Notes under the pieces: generated by a model
What the model saw: only the letters and a program-made list of their open reading frames with translations
What the model was told of the DNA's origin: nothing
The model's database searches: none
Translations under genes and position numbers: made by a program
In this document: positions 9,095-18,326 of the stretch, in pieces
Numbering within the stretch: position 1 is the first letter of the stretch
Layout of the letters: the number at the start of each line of letters is the position of its first letter
NCBI GenBank assembly: GCA_964565685.1
Contig: CAZMFR010000001.1
Location: 36,376 to 100,375, forward strand
Source of the DNA: an uncultured Candidatus Saccharibacteria bacterium
GTDB taxonomy: Bacteria > Patescibacteriota > Minisyncoccia > Phycocordibacterales > PALSA-1337
Reading direction: 5' to 3'
Length of the DNA: 64,000 nucleotides

Positions 9095-9266
9095 ATTTTT
9101 AAAGATATTGTCATTACTACGCATTTTGGCAGATACTATCTTCCTCGGGTACGCGTATCTTGTGCTGAAAATCCGTTCCATCATCGAGCCAAACTCTGCA
9201 GATCCCCATCTGAAGATGTACTTGCCTCCATGTTTAGATTTTCAAGTTCTACTTTTTTCGGCCTCT

Positions 9267-10343
9267 TTATCCTGATAAATGCTGTGAGATCCCGTAAATA
9301 GGCAGAACAATAGATAGAGCCGCGGCGCCGACGATGATCCCGACCGCTATCAATAGAGCTGGCTCGATCAGTTTTAAAAGACCAGCCAAACCAGTCGCGA
9401 GTTCGCTGGCATAATAACGGCTCATTTGCGCTAGGATCGATTCCATATTCCCTGTGCGCTCGCCTATCGCTATGCTATCGACTGCAAGCCCAGGAAAAAG
9501 CCGAGGAGAATTCCTTATGGCAGAAGAAAAATCAGACCCGATCCTCATCTCCTTTACTGCATTGGATAAAGCCCGCTCGTATGGGACAAATCCTATTGAA
9601 GCCGAAGATTCGGCTATGCTATCTATAAAAGGACAGCCAGCAGAGACAAGCGTGGAGACAGTATCGAATATCTCCGATAATATGTGTGTCTGAATGACGC
9701 GCCTCGCGATAGGAATGTACAAGATCAATTGATGGATGAGGTTTTTGAACCACATCGACCCCTTGTAGACAAAAGACAAGACGATGGCGATAGCGAACAA
9801 TCCTAGAAATATCTTCCACCAATCATTCGCCAGAAAATGCGATAGGGAGATAAAAAATATGGTGATCCATGGCAATGGCATGTGCAGACTCTCTATCGTC
9901 GGCATTATCTTTGGTATGATAAAAAAGACAAGAAAGGAGATTATGCCGGCCGAAGCCATAAAGATGATCGCTGGATATGTCATAGCCGATAGAAGGCCGC
10001 TCTTTACGGCACGGCTGCGCTCTATTCTGCCAGCCGCCGCTAGAAGCGATTCGGACAAAGTTCCGCTCCTTTCTCCAATGCGTGCGGCCAGGATCATCAT
10101 GCGAGAAAAGCCGAGCGGACAACCCGAAAGGGCCGACTCGAAGCTCATTCCATTGTTTAGTGAATTTTCGAGCATGGCTAACGAATCACAACGCCGCTTG
10201 CCGAAAGAGCGACGCATGATAGCGATCGATTCTGGTAGAGATAGAGACGCGCCTAGAAGCAGAGACAACCGCTCTGCAAAAATGCCTTGCTCTCTGTGGG
10301 ACAAGGGAGGGTTATTTAGTTTTTTTATAAGTTTTTTAAGCAT
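9267..10343 (-). CDS. pilC: type IV pilus assembly / type II secretion platform protein PilC (GspF family)
   Basis: 358 aa, three TM segments, two T2SS-F-like domains. Positioned directly after the pilB-like ATPase. Confidence 0.8.
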   Translation of the reverse strand: MLKKLIKKLNNPPLSHREQGIFAERLSLLLGASLSLPESIAIMRRSFGKRRCDSLAMLENSLNNGMSFESALSGCPLGFSRMMILAARIGERSGTLSESLLAAAGRIERSRAVKSGLLSAMTYPAIIFMASAGIISFLVFFIIPKIMPTIESLHMPLPWITIFFISLSHFLANDWWKIFLGLFAIAIVLSFVYKGSMWFKNLIHQLILYIPIARRVIQTHILSEIFDTVSTLVSAGCPFIDSIAESSASIGFVPYERALSNAVKEMRIGSDFSSAIRNSPRLFPGLAVDSIAIGERTGNMESILAQMSRYYASELATGLAGLLKLIEPALLIAVGIIVGAAALSIVLPIYGISQHLSG

Positions 10344-10511
10344 AGTTGTTAGAGCATCGAAGTCTGCAAAGTCCTTATCTGAAGAAAAACAAAGATGTTT
10401 TTGGAGATTTAGTTTCCATTTTGAGTGGATTTAAGATCCATGATCTAAGAATTCTTTTTTGCATTTTTCTTGAATTTTGAATCATAGATCTTGAATCTAT
10501 TCTCACGTTCT

Positions 10512-11627
10512 TCACAAATCCAACACTCGCTTTACTTCCTCTATTGTTGTCGCTCCCCACTCGACCTTTTCCGCGGCATGATCGCGCATAGAAACCATGC
10601 CTTTTAGGCGGGCATGCCTGGCTATTTCGACCAATGGCATTCTGGCGGAAATATACGCGCGCAATTCGTCGTCTATCTCGAGAACTTCGGCTATTATAGT
10701 CCGGCCACGATAGCCCTTTTGGAAGCAATATGGACAGCCAAGACCATCGCAGACGTGGCATAGTATTCGTACGAGCCGCTGTGCGATGACAATAGATAGA
10801 GTATGAGCGACAAGATACGGATCGATACCCAGATCGGAAAGCCGCGTCACTGATCCGAGCGCATCATTGGTATGGAGAGTCGAAATGACCAAATGACCAG
10901 TCAAGGCAATATTCGTGGCGATCTCTGCGGTTTCCCTGTCGCGGATCTCTCCGACCATGATCACATCAGGGTCTTGACGCACAAGAGAGCGCAAGCCGTT
11001 TGAAAAATTTATGCCGTGACGATGATCGATCGCGATCTGACGGACACCGTTGATGGCATATTCGATCGGATCCTCGAGAGTGACGATAGATAATGGTTCT
11101 GAAACCAATTGGCGCAACATGGCATACATAGTAGAGGTCTTGCCGCTTCCGGTCGGTCCGGTGACGAGAATGAGCCCCTGATTGCGTGTCAACGCTTCGC
11201 GTATTATGGCTTCATTATCCGGAGAAAAACCGAGCAAAGACAGATCGGCGGTGTTATAGCCGCCGGCCAAAATACGGATAACGGCATTTTCACCGAAATG
11301 AGTCGGGATTATGGATACGCGCATATCAATGGCAGGAGTAGCAGTAGTGATAGGACCTCTGCTGTATGAGAATCGCCCATCCTGAGCCAGCAGATGTATA
11401 TCCGGTCGCAATTTGGCGAGAACTTTTATTCTGGCGATCAATTCCTGATGAAGGGACAGAGGAATAGTCACGCAATGCGTCAAAATACCGTCAATCCTCA
11501 TGCGCACTATCAAACTGCCGTTTTCTGGATCGATATGCACGTCAGAAGCGCCATAAGAAATAGCGTAATCGATGATAGCGTCCAGGGCCTCGGTCGCCTT
11601 TATCCCATGCTGTATGTTTAATTGCAT
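10512..11627 (-). CDS. pilB: type IV pilus assembly ATPase PilB-like (GspE family), short form lacking the N1 domain
   Basis: Walker A VTGPTGSGKTST, Asp box DPDVIMVGEIRD, His box GHLVISTLHTNDA. The tetracysteine motif CHVCDGLGCPYC plus GRTIIAEVL is typical of GspE/PilB rather than PilT. Confidence 0.85.
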   Translation of the reverse strand: MQLNIQHGIKATEALDAIIDYAISYGASDVHIDPENGSLIVRMRIDGILTHCVTIPLSLHQELIARIKVLAKLRPDIHLLAQDGRFSYSRGPITTATPAIDMRVSIIPTHFGENAVIRILAGGYNTADLSLLGFSPDNEAIIREALTRNQGLILVTGPTGSGKTSTMYAMLRQLVSEPLSIVTLEDPIEYAINGVRQIAIDHRHGINFSNGLRSLVRQDPDVIMVGEIRDRETAEIATNIALTGHLVISTLHTNDALGSVTRLSDLGIDPYLVAHTLSIVIAQRLVRILCHVCDGLGCPYCFQKGYRGRTIIAEVLEIDDELRAYISARMPLVEIARHARLKGMVSMRDHAAEKVEWGATTIEEVKRVLDL

Positions 11628-11710
11628 GCAATAATCATAGAAAAAAGTTATTAAGAAAAGTTAAAATAGTTATAAAGAAAAGTTAAAGTCATAGGAGACC
11701 TCGCGAGGTG
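11628..11710 (-). promoter_or_regulatory. Conserved AT-rich promoter-associated repeat, copy 2 (oriented toward pilB), plus the GACCTCGCGAGGTG near-palindrome
   Basis: Minus-strand read: CTATGACTTTAACTTTTCTTTATAACTATTTTAACTTTTCTTAATAA, then 8 nt, then TATGAT, then 6 nt, then the pilB ATG. This implies a very short or leaderless 5' UTR. The near-palindrome is at 11697-11710. Confidence 0.55.
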
Positions 11711-11889
11711 AGGAATCGAATACTTGGAGCTTCCACAATACCAGAGCGCGACGGCGCGAAGCGGGACACATGTATGTATTGCTTTTTGTGATAAATGTGT
11801 TAGTCTGTCGTCTGGCAAAGTTCTTTCCAGCAAGTTCCAAGTGGACTGGGGGAAAATACAAAAACATAAACCAGATAGATCGATCATAT

Positions 11890-12597
11890 ATGGAAAAAAA
11901 CAAGGCAGTCGGAATTGAAAATCAAATCGGCGTCACCGCAATCATTGGATCTCATGGTTGCAAAAGCAATATCATCCTCGAAGGATTGAGCAAAACGGTG
12001 CCCTTTGTCCGAGGATTCTTATTTGCAGACATGGACCAAATAATCAATTGGCGAATGGATCTGCAAGACAAGATGACTGGGTTTTTTGAATTCATCAAAT
12101 ATAATCAGACGATGTTTCAAGAAAATAACCCAAAAGATCCCCAACCGATTAGGCATTTAGTCATGTGCAGTTTTCCTCAGACGAACGACCAGCTCGATCG
12201 TTTGCTCGAGTTCTGCCCTAAATTACGCATCGCTTTCATCGAGCTTCCGAACAACAAGGATGATGAGTCATTCGAGCTCGCAATGGGATTCAAGGAAAAG
12301 CATCGCGACCAGTTCATTTCGGTCAACCATTCGCGGCCGATCCATTACCAGGCCGAGCATATCCTGCGAGGCATGGACATCCTTCCCGCAGAGCGAAATT
12401 CCATGAGGAATTCGATCTTCGCCAAGAATTCGATGGCAAGGGCATTCTTTGACGAAACAAGCCGGCAAAAGCAAAAACCCACGCGGTCATTGTCGGAAGA
12501 TCCGAAATCAAATCATCCGGAAAACAAAACACCCGACGGAGTATCAATGGGCAGGATGTCTCCTGTCGCAAGCATCACAAGGATGACGACTTGCTGA
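11890..12597 (+). CDS. hypothetical protein
   Basis: Roughly 235-aa ORF divergent from pilB with no recognisable motifs. The start is chosen at the internal ATG; the ORF opens at 11770. Confidence 0.4.
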   Translation: MEKNKAVGIENQIGVTAIIGSHGCKSNIILEGLSKTVPFVRGFLFADMDQIINWRMDLQDKMTGFFEFIKYNQTMFQENNPKDPQPIRHLVMCSFPQTNDQLDRLLEFCPKLRIAFIELPNNKDDESFELAMGFKEKHRDQFISVNHSRPIHYQAEHILRGMDILPAERNSMRNSIFAKNSMARAFFDETSRQKQKPTRSLSEDPKSNHPENKTPDGVSMGRMSPVASITRMTTC

Positions 12598-12751
12598 ATA
12601 ATCTTTACTTTACATCGCGCGCATTCTCCTTTTTTATAAGGCGATTGCGCGCTTTTTTCTTGCGCTTTTGGACATATGCGTATGCTAGAAAAATATTGTA
12701 TAATAGACAAAAGGTCGATTAACCATCATTTTACCTTAATCTAAAATACAC

Positions 12752-12955
12752 ATGAACGACGAAAACAAAAAGTCATGCGGTCACCACAAGGTCATGCCGT
12801 GTGCGCTCATCATCATCGGCATCGTGGCCCTTCTCGCAGATTTCAATGTCTTCAGCTGGTCCGTATTTAACATCGTCTGGCCGATCCTAGCGATTATCTT
12901 GGGTATCGCCAAAATGTGCAAGTCGTGCAAGAAATGCGAAGTAAAGCAGGCCTAG
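12752..12955 (+). CDS. small Cys-containing membrane protein (hypothetical)
   Basis: 67 aa with two hydrophobic helices and terminal CGHH / CKSCKKCE clusters. A terminator hairpin follows downstream. Confidence 0.4.
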   Translation: MNDENKKSCGHHKVMPCALIIIGIVALLADFNVFSWSVFNIVWPILAIILGIAKMCKSCKKCEVKQA

Positions 12956-13051
12956 CTATATTTGCTTTAATTTCAAGAAAGACAAGAACAGCCGCGCGCT
13001 GTTTTTGTTGTACTTCCCTTTTCTTATTTTTTATGCTTTAATAGAACCACC

Positions 13052-13072
13052 GAGCCCGCGGGCTCTTTTTTA
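13052..13072 (+). terminator. rho-independent terminator-like hairpin
   Basis: GAGCCCGCGGGCTC perfect hairpin followed by TTTTTTA. Confidence 0.5.
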
Positions 13073-13156
13073 TTCCGGCAAGCGAGGAAAAACATGGCTG
13101 TTTGGACATGGCGTTCGAGCATAGTTGGAATATCGCAATCGATAATTTATAAATAC

Positions 13157-14971
13157 ATGGAAATACGCAACATAGCAATAATAGCCCACGTCGACCACGG
13201 CAAGACGACTCTCACCGATGCCATCATGACCCAATGCGGTCATGGAGACGAAGGATCGATGGATTCTAACGCACTCGAACAGGAGCGCGGCATTACGATA
13301 TATGCCAAAAACACTTCAATCGTCTATCCCTCGCCGAGCTCGGGACGTGCCGCCACCAAGATCAACATAGTCGACACGCCAGGCCACGCAGATTTCGGAT
13401 CAGAGGTCGAACGTGTGCTCCGATCCATCGACACCGTCCTCCTAGTCGTCGATGCGCAGGAAGGCCCGATGCCGCAGACGCGTTTCGTACTGAAAAAATC
13501 GCTCGAGCTCGGACTGAAACCGATCGTCGTCATCAACAAAATAGACAAGCAAGCCGCCGATCCTGCCAGAACGTATGAAGAGGTTCTGGAGCTTTTCCTC
13601 GAGCTCGGCGCGCATGATTCTCAGATAGATTTTCCTGTCATATATGCAATCGGTCGCGAAGGCGTGGCAAAGAAAACTTTGAAAGAGAAATTCAAAGACA
13701 TTACCCCCCTTTTGGATACGATACTCGAACACGTGCCGCCGGCAAACAAAGATTCGTCTGCGCCTTTGACTGCGCAGGTCTTCAACCTCGGCTATGATAA
13801 TTTCCTTGGCCGTCTCGCTGTCGCGCGCATTTACGATGGGACGATAAAAGACGGACAAGACGTTTGGATAAAAGACGTGAGCGGTAAATCATTCACTGGA
13901 AAAGTGACAAAATTGTTCACTTTTGACGGCAAGAAGCGCCTAGAAGTGCCGCAGGCCGAATCAGGCGACATCATCACTGTCGCAGGCATTCCAGATATCT
14001 ATATCGGCGAAACAATAGCTGACAACGAATCCACGGCGCCTCTATCCGCCATAAAAGTAGACGAACCGACTATTTCCCTTCAATTCCTCGTCAACAGCTC
14101 CCCTTTTGCCGGTCGCGAAGGAACATATGTCACAGGACGCCAGATCCGCGAGCGCCTGGAGCGAGAGCTCGAGACTAACGTCGGGCTCCGCGTCGATTTT
14201 TCTTCTAACGAATATTTTACCGTCTATGGCCGTGGCGAGCTCCATATCGCTATCCTAATCGAAAATATGCGCCGCGAAGGGTATGAATTGCAAGTCTCCC
14301 AGCCGAAAGTCATTTTGAAGGAAGAGGGTGGCAAGACTCTCGAACCATTCGAAGAGGTCATCATCGATACGCCACAGGAATATTCTGGTGCGATCATTGA
14401 GACATTGGGCAAGAGAAAAGGCATCATGACGAATATGACGACTCACGGAAATCAGTCGCGCCTCGTCTTCGAGATCCCGACGCGAGGATTGCTTGGCTAT
14501 CGCAACGCTTTCACTATCGATACAAAAGGTGAAGGCATCATGTCCAGCCGCTTCATAGAATTCAGACCCCACGCAGGCGAGATCGAAAAACGCGAGACTG
14601 GCTCTATGACGTCCATGGCTAGCGGAAAATCGCTTGGATTTTCTCTTTGGAATCTGCAGGATCGCGGACGCCTGTTCATCGGACCAGCCGTCGAAGTATA
14701 CGAGGGTATGGTCATCGGCGACACGTCCAAGGGCGACGACCTAGACGTCAATCCGACCAAAGGCAAACAGCTATCCAATATGCGCTCTTCCGGCAAGGAT
14801 GAGGCCCTGATGCTCGTACCGCCATTCGAACTCTCCATCGAGCGTGGACTCGAACTAATGCGCGATGATGAGTATCTCGAGATAACGCCGAAATCTATCC
14901 GTCTGCGCAAGAAATTTCTGACCGAGCTCGATCGCGCGAGAGCAAGCAGAAAAGATGGGACTCTGAAGTAA
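13157..14971 (+). CDS. typA: translational GTPase TypA/BipA
   Basis: G1 [11 protein letters not shown]3 DTPGH, G4 NKID. Roughly 605 aa, with EF-G-like domain order and a BipA-specific C-terminal domain. The start is set at the ATG giving [18 protein letters not shown]. Confidence 0.9.
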   Translation: MEIRNIAIIAHVDHGKTTLTDAIMTQCGHGDEGSMDSNALEQERGITIYAKNTSIVYPSPSSGRAATKINIVDTPGHADFGSEVERVLRSIDTVLLVVDAQEGPMPQTRFVLKKSLELGLKPIVVINKIDKQAADPARTYEEVLELFLELGAHDSQIDFPVIYAIGREGVAKKTLKEKFKDITPLLDTILEHVPPANKDSSAPLTAQVFNLGYDNFLGRLAVARIYDGTIKDGQDVWIKDVSGKSFTGKVTKLFTFDGKKRLEVPQAESGDIITVAGIPDIYIGETIADNESTAPLSAIKVDEPTISLQFLVNSSPFAGREGTYVTGRQIRERLERELETNVGLRVDFSSNEYFTVYGRGELHIAILIENMRREGYELQVSQPKVILKEEGGKTLEPFEEVIIDTPQEYSGAIIETLGKRKGIMTNMTTHGNQSRLVFEIPTRGLLGYRNAFTIDTKGEGIMSSRFIEFRPHAGEIEKRETGSMTSMASGKSLGFSLWNLQDRGRLFIGPAVEVYEGMVIGDTSKGDDLDVNPTKGKQLSNMRSSGKDEALMLVPPFELSIERGLELMRDDEYLEITPKSIRLRKKFLTELDRARASRKDGTLK

Positions 14972-15402
14972 TAAAAATATTGACACAAAAATCGCTCTAA
15001 AAGGTCGCCTCACCGGCAGCTTTCTTTTTTACTCATTTTGGGAATATAACCAATAGGTTATAAATGAAAAGTGCATAAAAACGTTGCCCCGCACCTCTTG
15101 GAGATCTTTTAAAAAAGACTATGGCAAGGTTCCGTCTTCGCTCGTTCGTCTGTCCGCAAGCGGTCACGCCGCTCCTCAATAAGCATATTAGCCCGAGACA
15201 TGAACCTGCTGGTTCACCTACTGGGTCGCTAGCCGGAATAAACCATAAGTAACGCTCCACAGTGGAGAGATTCTTGCACTTGTGATATTGGATTAAAAAT
15301 TAATCCAATAATTAGGCCCGCTCTTTAATATCCCTCGACCGTCTATTCATCACTTCAAAAAGTCGACAAGAAAGTTGTCAACTTTTACCGATACCAAAAA
15401 AG

Positions 15403-15436
15403 AAGAAACCCCGGGCCGCAAAGCGAGGGGTTTTTG
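15403..15436. terminator. bidirectional terminator-like GC hairpin between convergent genes
   Basis: AAACCCCGGGCCGCAAAGCGAGGGGTTTTT with an A-run on one side and a T-run on the other. Confidence 0.5.
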
Positions 15437-15445
15437 GTGAACTGG

Positions 15446-15943
15446 TTATTTTTCAACCAATTCAATTTGAGGTGATTCCACAAAGGCACGATACTGATCC
15501 AAAATCAATGTGTGCCTTTCAAGAAGTTTCTGTTGGAGCGGGCCAAAAACCAGCTTGATGAGTTCTGGTTTCAATGCTATTCCCTTATTAAGGGCCGCGA
15601 TCGTCAGTTTTTTCTCGAAAGAATACGTATCGTTCGGCGAAACCAGAACGTGGTTTTTAATAATTGTTTCGCCACCAAACATTTCGAAGCCCCCAGAAAG
15701 ATCCCAGACGAATTCTTCCTTTTTCGGTTTCGGCAAAAAGGAGATCGCCCGAACCACTCTGAACTTTTCAAGAGAGACCTTCCCATTCACATCAAAAGGA
15801 TTCTCAAAAGAGATATCTTTGATAGTTCCACGATAAATTACCGGGCCGTTCGCCTCGGAGACTTGAAATTCATTCTTCAAGTCTTCAAAACGATCAATCC
15901 GGCTAGTTAAGCTTTTCATAATTTCAATTTTCATTTCTTCCAC
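15446..15943 (-). CDS. hypothetical protein
   Basis: 165-aa ORF with coding-like composition and no recognisable motif. Confidence 0.45.
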   Translation of the reverse strand: MEEMKIEIMKSLTSRIDRFEDLKNEFQVSEANGPVIYRGTIKDISFENPFDVNGKVSLEKFRVVRAISFLPKPKKEEFVWDLSGGFEMFGGETIIKNHVLVSPNDTYSFEKKLTIAALNKGIALKPELIKLVFGPLQQKLLERHTLILDQYRAFVESPQIELVEK

Positions 15944-16193
15944 TCCTCACCTTACTCCTCCCTTCCCGCACTCGCGAAAAAGAAGCCGTGAAGCAAAGCA
16001 TGGAATCGCCTTTTCAAAGGGCTTTGCTGACGTTTACTGCTTTCGGCAAATTAGCATGAGGGTTGTAGTTTGTCAAGGATTCTTTAATTTTCCACAAGAT
16101 TCTTCTTGACGAGGAAGAAGTAATGAAATATCATTATGTGGACGCTTGGAAGGGTTCGCCCTCTCACGGCTTTCCGCTGTAGCCAGGCGCCGA

Positions 16194-16225
16194 TAAAAAA
16201 CACCACCCCTGCGGTGGCGTTTTTT
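16194..16225. terminator. bidirectional terminator-like hairpin
   Basis: AAAAAA-CACCACCCCTGCGGTGGCG-TTTTTT. Confidence 0.5.
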
Positions 16226-16700
16226 AGTCCAATTCAGGATCACCATAAGAGAGTGTACGCGTATCCATCAGCTTGCCGCGCGTCCAAAATGGGATAATGC
16301 TCCAAAATAATTTCTGACTAGCTTCAATTTGTTTTACGACGATACGCATACGTTTTTCTTCAAGAACAGCGATGAATTCATAATACAAAACGGGCTTTAA
16401 AACGCATTCATTTCGAGAATTGATACGCATCCATTCAAAATTCATTCGTCGGCTAACCCCTTGAAGGGTATGGGAAAGGGTCAAAATCTGTGGAGCAAAA
16501 TGAAAAAGTTTGAATCTCATGAATTGATCGCGAATCGGCCTCATGACGTTCCTCTTTTTGAAGCTTAAATGTTCAAGTCCTTGCGCGTTAAACGAAACCT
16601 TCTCCTTGAGATATGGGCAATACACTTCGCCGAGGATTTTGTAGAGTTCCTCGGCGCTTTGTTTTACGGTATCGAATTGTTCATCCGTGAAATCCATCAC
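16224..16700 (-). CDS. hypothetical protein
   Basis: 158-aa ORF. It overlaps the upstream 71-aa zinc-ribbon ORF by 4 bp (ATGA), which suggests translational coupling. Confidence 0.45.
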   Translation of the reverse strand: MMDFTDEQFDTVKQSAEELYKILGEVYCPYLKEKVSFNAQGLEHLSFKKRNVMRPIRDQFMRFKLFHFAPQILTLSHTLQGVSRRMNFEWMRINSRNECVLKPVLYYEFIAVLEEKRMRIVVKQIEASQKLFWSIIPFWTRGKLMDTRTLSYGDPELD

Positions 16701-16912
16701 TTTTTAGGGTCAGTGTCGGCGAAGAATTCATCAAATACTTTCTTTAAATAATCCGCCGCGGGCTTTGAACACTTTGAGCAAAAGTCTTTTTTGTCGAAAC
16801 TAAAATCATTGGAGATACTGACAGAGCTCCTTCCAAGCTGTTTCTTGCATGAATCGCATATTTTCTTGATCATTGATGAAAAAATTAGACTTATAATGAT
16901 TAATAATCGCAA
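16697..16912 (-). CDS. small zinc-ribbon-like protein (hypothetical)
   Basis: 71 aa with CDSC...CSKCSK, two CxxC pairs. Operonic with the 158-aa ORF. Confidence 0.4.
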   Translation of the reverse strand: MRLLIIISLIFSSMIKKICDSCKKQLGRSSVSISNDFSFDKKDFCSKCSKPAADYLKKVFDEFFADTDPKK

Positions 16913-17435
16913 TTCACCGACTGATCTGGGAAGATGAGATTATGGTTTACTCGCCATCGAGGGGTTATTTCAGCTTTTATTTTTGATGCTATCCAGGCCT
17001 ACCCGGAATCACATGGACTGGCGATTAACCGACGCCGCTTGTCCGACATATTCAGCGTACTCGAACAGACTGCACCTGCCAAAGCGCGCTTGGGTGAATA
17101 TGGGGTGATTCAGTTTATCTGCACCCGCCTTGTGGACAATACATAGTATTTACCTCGAGACTGCCCTACTCGGCCCTGATGCCTTTCGTGACATGCCTTA
17201 TCTCCTTGTTCTAAGAGATTTTTCGGCCACTTCCCAAACCAATCGACGAATTGTCTTGCATTTTCTCGAGCAGTATCAGTAGAGATGGGGTGGATACCGC
17301 AAACATTTCTACGCCGCGAGTGTTAAAGCGTTCAAAAATACTTTAGCGTGCGTTAATTATATCAAGTACAAAATTCTTTGCAATTATTTTTTGTGAACAA
17401 CCCGCGTAGCGGAGCAGTGGTCGCATGACCAAAAA

Positions 17436-18281
17436 TCAAAACTCCCCTATCTTCGTCCTCTCTATCGAAAGCGCGAACGTCGCCGTGCCTGCTTCCCTGC
17501 CGATCCGCTCTGCCAAGCTGCGCATATAGGTGCCGCTTCCACACGACACGCGAAGCTTGATGACGAGAAAATTCTCTGCACCGTGCTCGCTTTCAAACTT
17601 CTTCCAACCTTCGATTATTTCCTTTTGACGAAAATCACCATTCACTTTTGAGACATTCTCGATCGCCCGTTCGGCAAGATCATTGCCACCGATAAAGTCA
17701 AGCTGTTTTTTAGCGCGATTTCTTCCTTTATCCATTCCTTTTCTTGCCAATTCTTCTATTGAATAAATCTCTACCTCTTTCGTCGGCATCTCGTCAGGCA
17801 ATTCACCGCTTCTAGCAAGGTCATGCAAATGACGCTTTTTACCGAGATGGAATCTTTCCGATATTTTATCTTGTACTTGTCCAAGATCAGATCTTGGACA
17901 GACAGTTTTCGACGAATACGCAGGATAGACCTGCGTGAACTTGCCGCAGAATTTTGTCCAAGGGTAGCCCTTGGATACAAGCCCTTCGGAATAGGTCATG
18001 GCATGGGTCTGCCGATCCACCTGTGTTATAAGCCCCAGCGCGTCGCCCGTATCCGTCCCGACGCCAAATAGCACCTCGATCTCGTATTCCTTGTCCAAAC
18101 CGAGATATTTTTCCTTTTCCTTACATTCTTCACCGATGAGCAATAAAAGCTTGCCGCTCGCCAACGGATCGAGCCGCCCGGCGTATGTCATCGGCACATT
18201 TACATCGATCCATTTTTCGCGCCGCGTCCTTTCAAGGCATTCAAGCGGCGTCTCGCCTACTGATTTATTAACCACAAGCAT
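17436..18281 (-). CDS. truB: tRNA pseudouridine(55) synthase TruB-like, carrying two in-frame palindromic-element insertions
   Basis: Catalytic-Asp region (YAGRLDPLASGKLLL) and the TDTGD segment are present. A FTQVYPAYSSK segment resembles the conserved PP.YSA.K element. Two 24-bp palindromes at 17878-17901 and 17955-17978 encode the inserted peptides CPRSDLGQ and KGYPWTK. Confidence 0.6.
   Translation of the reverse strand: MLVVNKSVGETPLECLERTRREKWIDVNVPMTYAGRLDPLASGKLLLLIGEECKEKEKYLGLDKEYEIEVLFGVGTDTGDALGLITQVDRQTHAMTYSEGLVSKGYPWTKFCGKFTQVYPAYSSKTVCPRSDLGQVQDKISERFHLGKKRHLHDLARSGELPDEMPTKEVEIYSIEELARKGMDKGRNRAKKQLDFIGGNDLAERAIENVSKVNGDFRQKEIIEGWKKFESEHGAENFLVIKLRVSCGSGTYMRSLAERIGREAGTATFALSIERTKIGEF
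17878..17901. repeat. palindromic hairpin element, copy inside truB: TGTCCAAGATCAGATCTTGGACAG
   Basis: Perfect inverted repeat GTCCAAGAT-CAG-ATCTTGGAC, in frame within the truB CDS. Confidence 0.8.
17955..17978. repeat. palindromic hairpin element, copy inside truB: TGTCCAAGGGTAGCCCTTGGATAC
   Basis: Inverted repeat CCAAGGG-TAG-CCCTTGG, in frame within the truB CDS. Confidence 0.8.
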
Positions 18282-18326
18282 ATTGAAAATTCAAGCGCCG
18301 TCGATTTTTTATTTAAATCTTTGCCG

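Noticed and set aside
10375-10761. 128-aa ORF overlapping the pilB 3' end
   Set aside because: It is in the same region as the C-terminal GspE motifs, in a different frame, with Arg-rich junk composition.
15033-15260. 75-aa minus-strand ORF in the typA-downstream intergenic region
   Set aside because: It has poor codon composition and no start context. The region is more likely non-coding; see the possible-ncRNA finding.
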